Shown here: positions 60,421 through 64,000 of the stretch, piece by piece
Position numbering within the stretch: the first letter of the stretch is position 1
Layout: each line of letters starts with the position of its first letter
From: Octopus vulgaris
Taxonomy: Eukaryota
Direction of reading: 5' to 3'
DNA length: 64,000 bases
Assembly: GCA_951406725.2 (NCBI GenBank)
Contig: OX597814.1
Span: 210,118,001 to 210,182,000 of the forward strand
Translations under genes and position numbers: made by a program
Notes under the pieces: generated by a model
Told to the model about the DNA's origin: nothing
What the model saw: only the letters and a program-made list of their open reading frames with translations
Databases searched by the model: none

Positions 60421-60519
60421 GAAATATAATACTTTACTTAAGTGCTTGTTCGGGCACTGATTTTCTATATATATAGTTAGCTGAGTGATGAGCTGCTGCT
60501 ATCTCTAGCGGTCGAGTAT

Positions 60520-60555
60520 CCAACACTGATGAGATCGAAATCACGTGATCTGTGG
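60520..60555 (+). ncRNA. Ultra-minimal type I hammerhead ribozyme motif
   Basis: ccaaca-CUGAUGA-GAUC-GAAA-ucacguga-UC-ugugg. Intact core, stem II reduced to palindrome GAUC, stem III palindrome AUCACGUGAU, AUC triplet, stem I with one bulge. Confidence 0.7.
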
Positions 60556-61299
60556 TCCCGGTGCTGGTGTTGGTGGGGAGTTGTCTCCCCACTGGTGATA
60601 TAAAAAAAAAACAAGCCTGCTTTCTGCACCATAATCTTATATGAGAGTTTCTCTCGTGGAAACTGGCAAATATTGCAGTAAAATTTGTTGTAACAGAACA
60701 TACTCGTTTAAGTGGTAATAAATATTATATAAATTGTCCTCATTCGCTTTTCAATATTTCGTTCCTTCCTATTTTTTATGGATTTATATTTTGTATTCTA
60801 TAATGATGGCATATCAAAAATCATTGCATTGTTAGTTAACTATCGCAAAACTCGCACTAATATAAATTGTCATAGGAAAATTAATATAGAGTGCTCATCC
60901 CACACTCTGTATTCTATCATCTAATTTATATGGTACATCAGGAAATGGAAATCATCTGATTGAACCAAGAATTCAAAATTTGTTAGAGAAATGTAGATCG
61001 ATGGCTACATACCAAAATAGAAAAACACAATACTAATAGGATGCTGTTAGTTTTAAAGCGAACAAAATAGATTGTGACCAAAACAAAAGTTACATTTTAG
61101 CAAAAATTAATATCACCACATTGATACTTAAACAAGCTCTCTTTATCTGTTTTATTTGTATGCTATTCTTGCACAGAGTTCCACACATCTGAAGTTGTTG
61201 ATTTTATGCCAACTAAACCTAAAGTTGATCTTCCAATTCAATTGTTTTCCTCTTCGTCACGAAATTGAATTTTCTCTCATACTTTCTACTGGAATCACA

Positions 61300-61492
61300 A
61301 GACCACAAATTTGTGGGAAGGGATTAAGTCGATTACATCGACTCCAGTGCGTAACTGGTACTTATATAATCGACCGCGAAAAGATGAAAAGCAAAGTTGA
61401 CCCCGGTGGAATTTGAACCAACAACGTAACAGCAGACGAAATAGCGTTAAGCATTTCCCCCGGCGTACTAAAAATTCTGCCAGCTCACCGCG
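61300..61492 (-). mobile_element. SINE family C-related, diverged
   Basis: gattaagtcgattacatcgactccagtgcgtaactggtactta...aaagttgacccc...; similar older relics near 14100-14460, 15600-15790, 25800-25990 and 40520-40760. Confidence 0.7.
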
Positions 61493-62311
61493 TTAATTTT
61501 TAAAAAATATTAAGTCGTGTAGAGTCTAGGGAAGCTCTACTCTAAAGACTTATCTAATTGTTCTGTCTGGGAAATGCAGACCCAGCCGAATACAACATTT
61601 CTCTCTTAACAATCTGTTGTTTTTCAATTAAATATTTGCAAGACTGGCCTGAGGCATCTCTTCATTTCTATCAACCAAAAACAGAAAAGCTGCTAATCTT
61701 ACTCAAAATACAACCTGCAATTTACAAAGGTAGGACGTATTGAATAATGAGAATCTGATAGCAGTGTGCCAAAGAACAATGCAGTATCGACATAGATGGT
61801 TTGTCTCTGACCACAAGTCTACACAATCACATCATATAATAAAATAAAAGAATTACTGAAAATTTGACAAAGAAAATATACTTATGCTAATTCCCAATAT
61901 GCATTTATAAAGATAGTGTTCTACATTTCTCTTAACTAACGTTCATTTTCTAAACGATTCCTGTTGGGAAAAGCAATATAGCAAATTTTCTCTCTTTCAT
62001 GCACACTGTGTTTGCAGAAAAAAGCGAAAACAGCAAAATCTAAAGTAGCATTATATACACTTATATTTTAGAAAAAAAAATTAGTCCATCTAACGAAAGT
62101 AGCGAAATGGAAAAGTACATATTCTTCCACTAGTAACTTATTTCTTGGTCTTTATTAATTTACTTACTATTTTACCTTTCTCTCTTTCTTGTTGCTCTTC
62201 TTCATTGTTTTTCTTTATTTTTCTTTCTTTGTTTATTTGTATTTTGTTCAATTTTACTATTTTCTCAAATTTTCTGTTGTTTTCCTCAGCTCTTTTGTTC
62301 ATTGTTTTGAT

Positions 62312-62350
<39 letters not shown>

Positions 62351-62474
62351 ACTTTTCTTTCTTTCTTTCTTTCTTTCTTTCTTTCCTGAAAGCTTTTATG
62401 ATCTTTCTTTTTTGCTTTTCTTCTTTCGTCTTGTCATGCTGTAAGCTTTTCTTTCTGTCATTTCTCGCTTTCAT

Positions 62475-62508
<34 letters not shown>

Positions 62509-63095
62509 TCACTGCCTCTCATTGTATTTTATATCTATTACCCATTCTCGTTTCTCACTCAAACACTTTCACTCTCTACAATGCACCTATTTCTCTCTAG
62601 CACTATCTTACATGCACATCTATTTTACAGAAAGTGTTGGATCTCGTGCCAGTTTCGTCAATGTGTGATTCGCTTGTTTGATCAACGAAATTATATAGAT
62701 AAACATTGAAGTATAGCGTAAGTCGCTTGCAAATAATTTCTATGCAAACTCCACAGCTTCACGGTGTGTCACTAAGCAAAATACCTTGACTTACAGCTAA
62801 AGCCCAGTGAATGTGGTCTTCTGCACAGTTTCTGTTTGAGGCTATTGTAGAAAGCACTTGTTCAATGTCCTACAAAATGGTATTGAACGTGATGATTACA
62901 AAACGAATTGTAAATCATTTCTTATTTCTGTATTTTCATTTAAAAGCATTATAATACAACGTGAGATAATGAACGTGTACCGAAAGATATTCCAGCTTCA
63001 TATAATTCCATGATGTGATTATATGTGATTACAAACATACTAAGATACGAGAGAATACAGATTTCAACATATTCACTAAGAGCATGTGTGTGTGT

Positions 63096-63153
<58 letters not shown>

Positions 63154-64000
63154 GCGTGCGCGTATGGCGCACTTATGTGTGTCTTTACCGATTGTACATT
63201 CAATCCACTGCCGAATTTAAACCATTATCCGTTGTCCGGGAATTTTTATAACGGTTCATTCTTTTGCAGCAAATCGAGTGACATGATAGGTCAGAGATCT
63301 GAGGATGACTTTTCTTCCTTTGAATAATCTATGTAAAAGTACATATGCCTGCATTCATGTACACTATCGGATAGAAGTATTTCACATTGTCACGTCGAGG
63401 TAGGAATGGCTGGAATGTATTTGATTATAGAATTGCTTGGTCTAAATTGCCATGCTGATTTGTGCGTGCGTATGTGAGTGAATATGCTTGGCAAACGCCA
63501 TTAAAAAGTAACAGAGCATACTTTGCTCAAATGTATGCATCAGTGTCAAGAATTCTAAGTATTTGCTTTCAGTCTCATATTATAAACAAAGAAAGGAATT
63601 AGTCGAGCAAACGAAGCTGACCGAACTAATAGTCAGTGTGATATTTGTAACCAGTCTACAACCTATACTTATATAACACTCTTTACACTTTTAATTTAAG
63701 AACGTATTGAACCATTATGATTTGCTTAAAATTTCTGTCTGATCCACTAACAATAATATAAACATATACATACACACATACACACACACGCGCGTGCACA
63801 CAAACACACGCATATTCCCACGGTGCGCGCTCAGATACACACACAAAAACACCTATACAGACTCATGATTCAGTAATTCGTTCTTTCACTCTCACCATTC
63901 ACTCCATCGGCTTTTATCGCAAAGCTATCTCGCTAACGCACTTGTCGTTTCTCACTGCTCACCACGAACTTTGCAATGCTCTCAAAAGACCCCCTCACAC

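Overview
Eukaryotic, very AT-rich, microsatellite-saturated genomic DNA; the SINE repertoire looks like octopus/coleoid cephalopod (inferred from recalled repeat sequences, no search run). Nearly all ORFs in the supplied track are simple-repeat artefacts. The one host coding exon I can support is missing from that track: a 110-nt minus-strand exon (39139-39248) of a nicotinic acetylcholine receptor-type Cys-loop channel, so most of the window is probably intron. The rest is mobile DNA: four SINE families in many copies, a TIR-bounded DD36E Tc1-type transposon interrupted by a SINE, R4/Dong-like RLE LINE relics, RTE and Penelope-like relics, a Helitron-like element and an LTR-like relic ending in a 30-nt tRNA-Trp complement. 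Most striking hidden signal: a dispersed set of minimal type I hammerhead ribozyme motifs with palindromic stem III (three intact cores at 9063, 20002 and 60520, plus several decayed ones), mostly in short islands bordered by (TA)n arrays.
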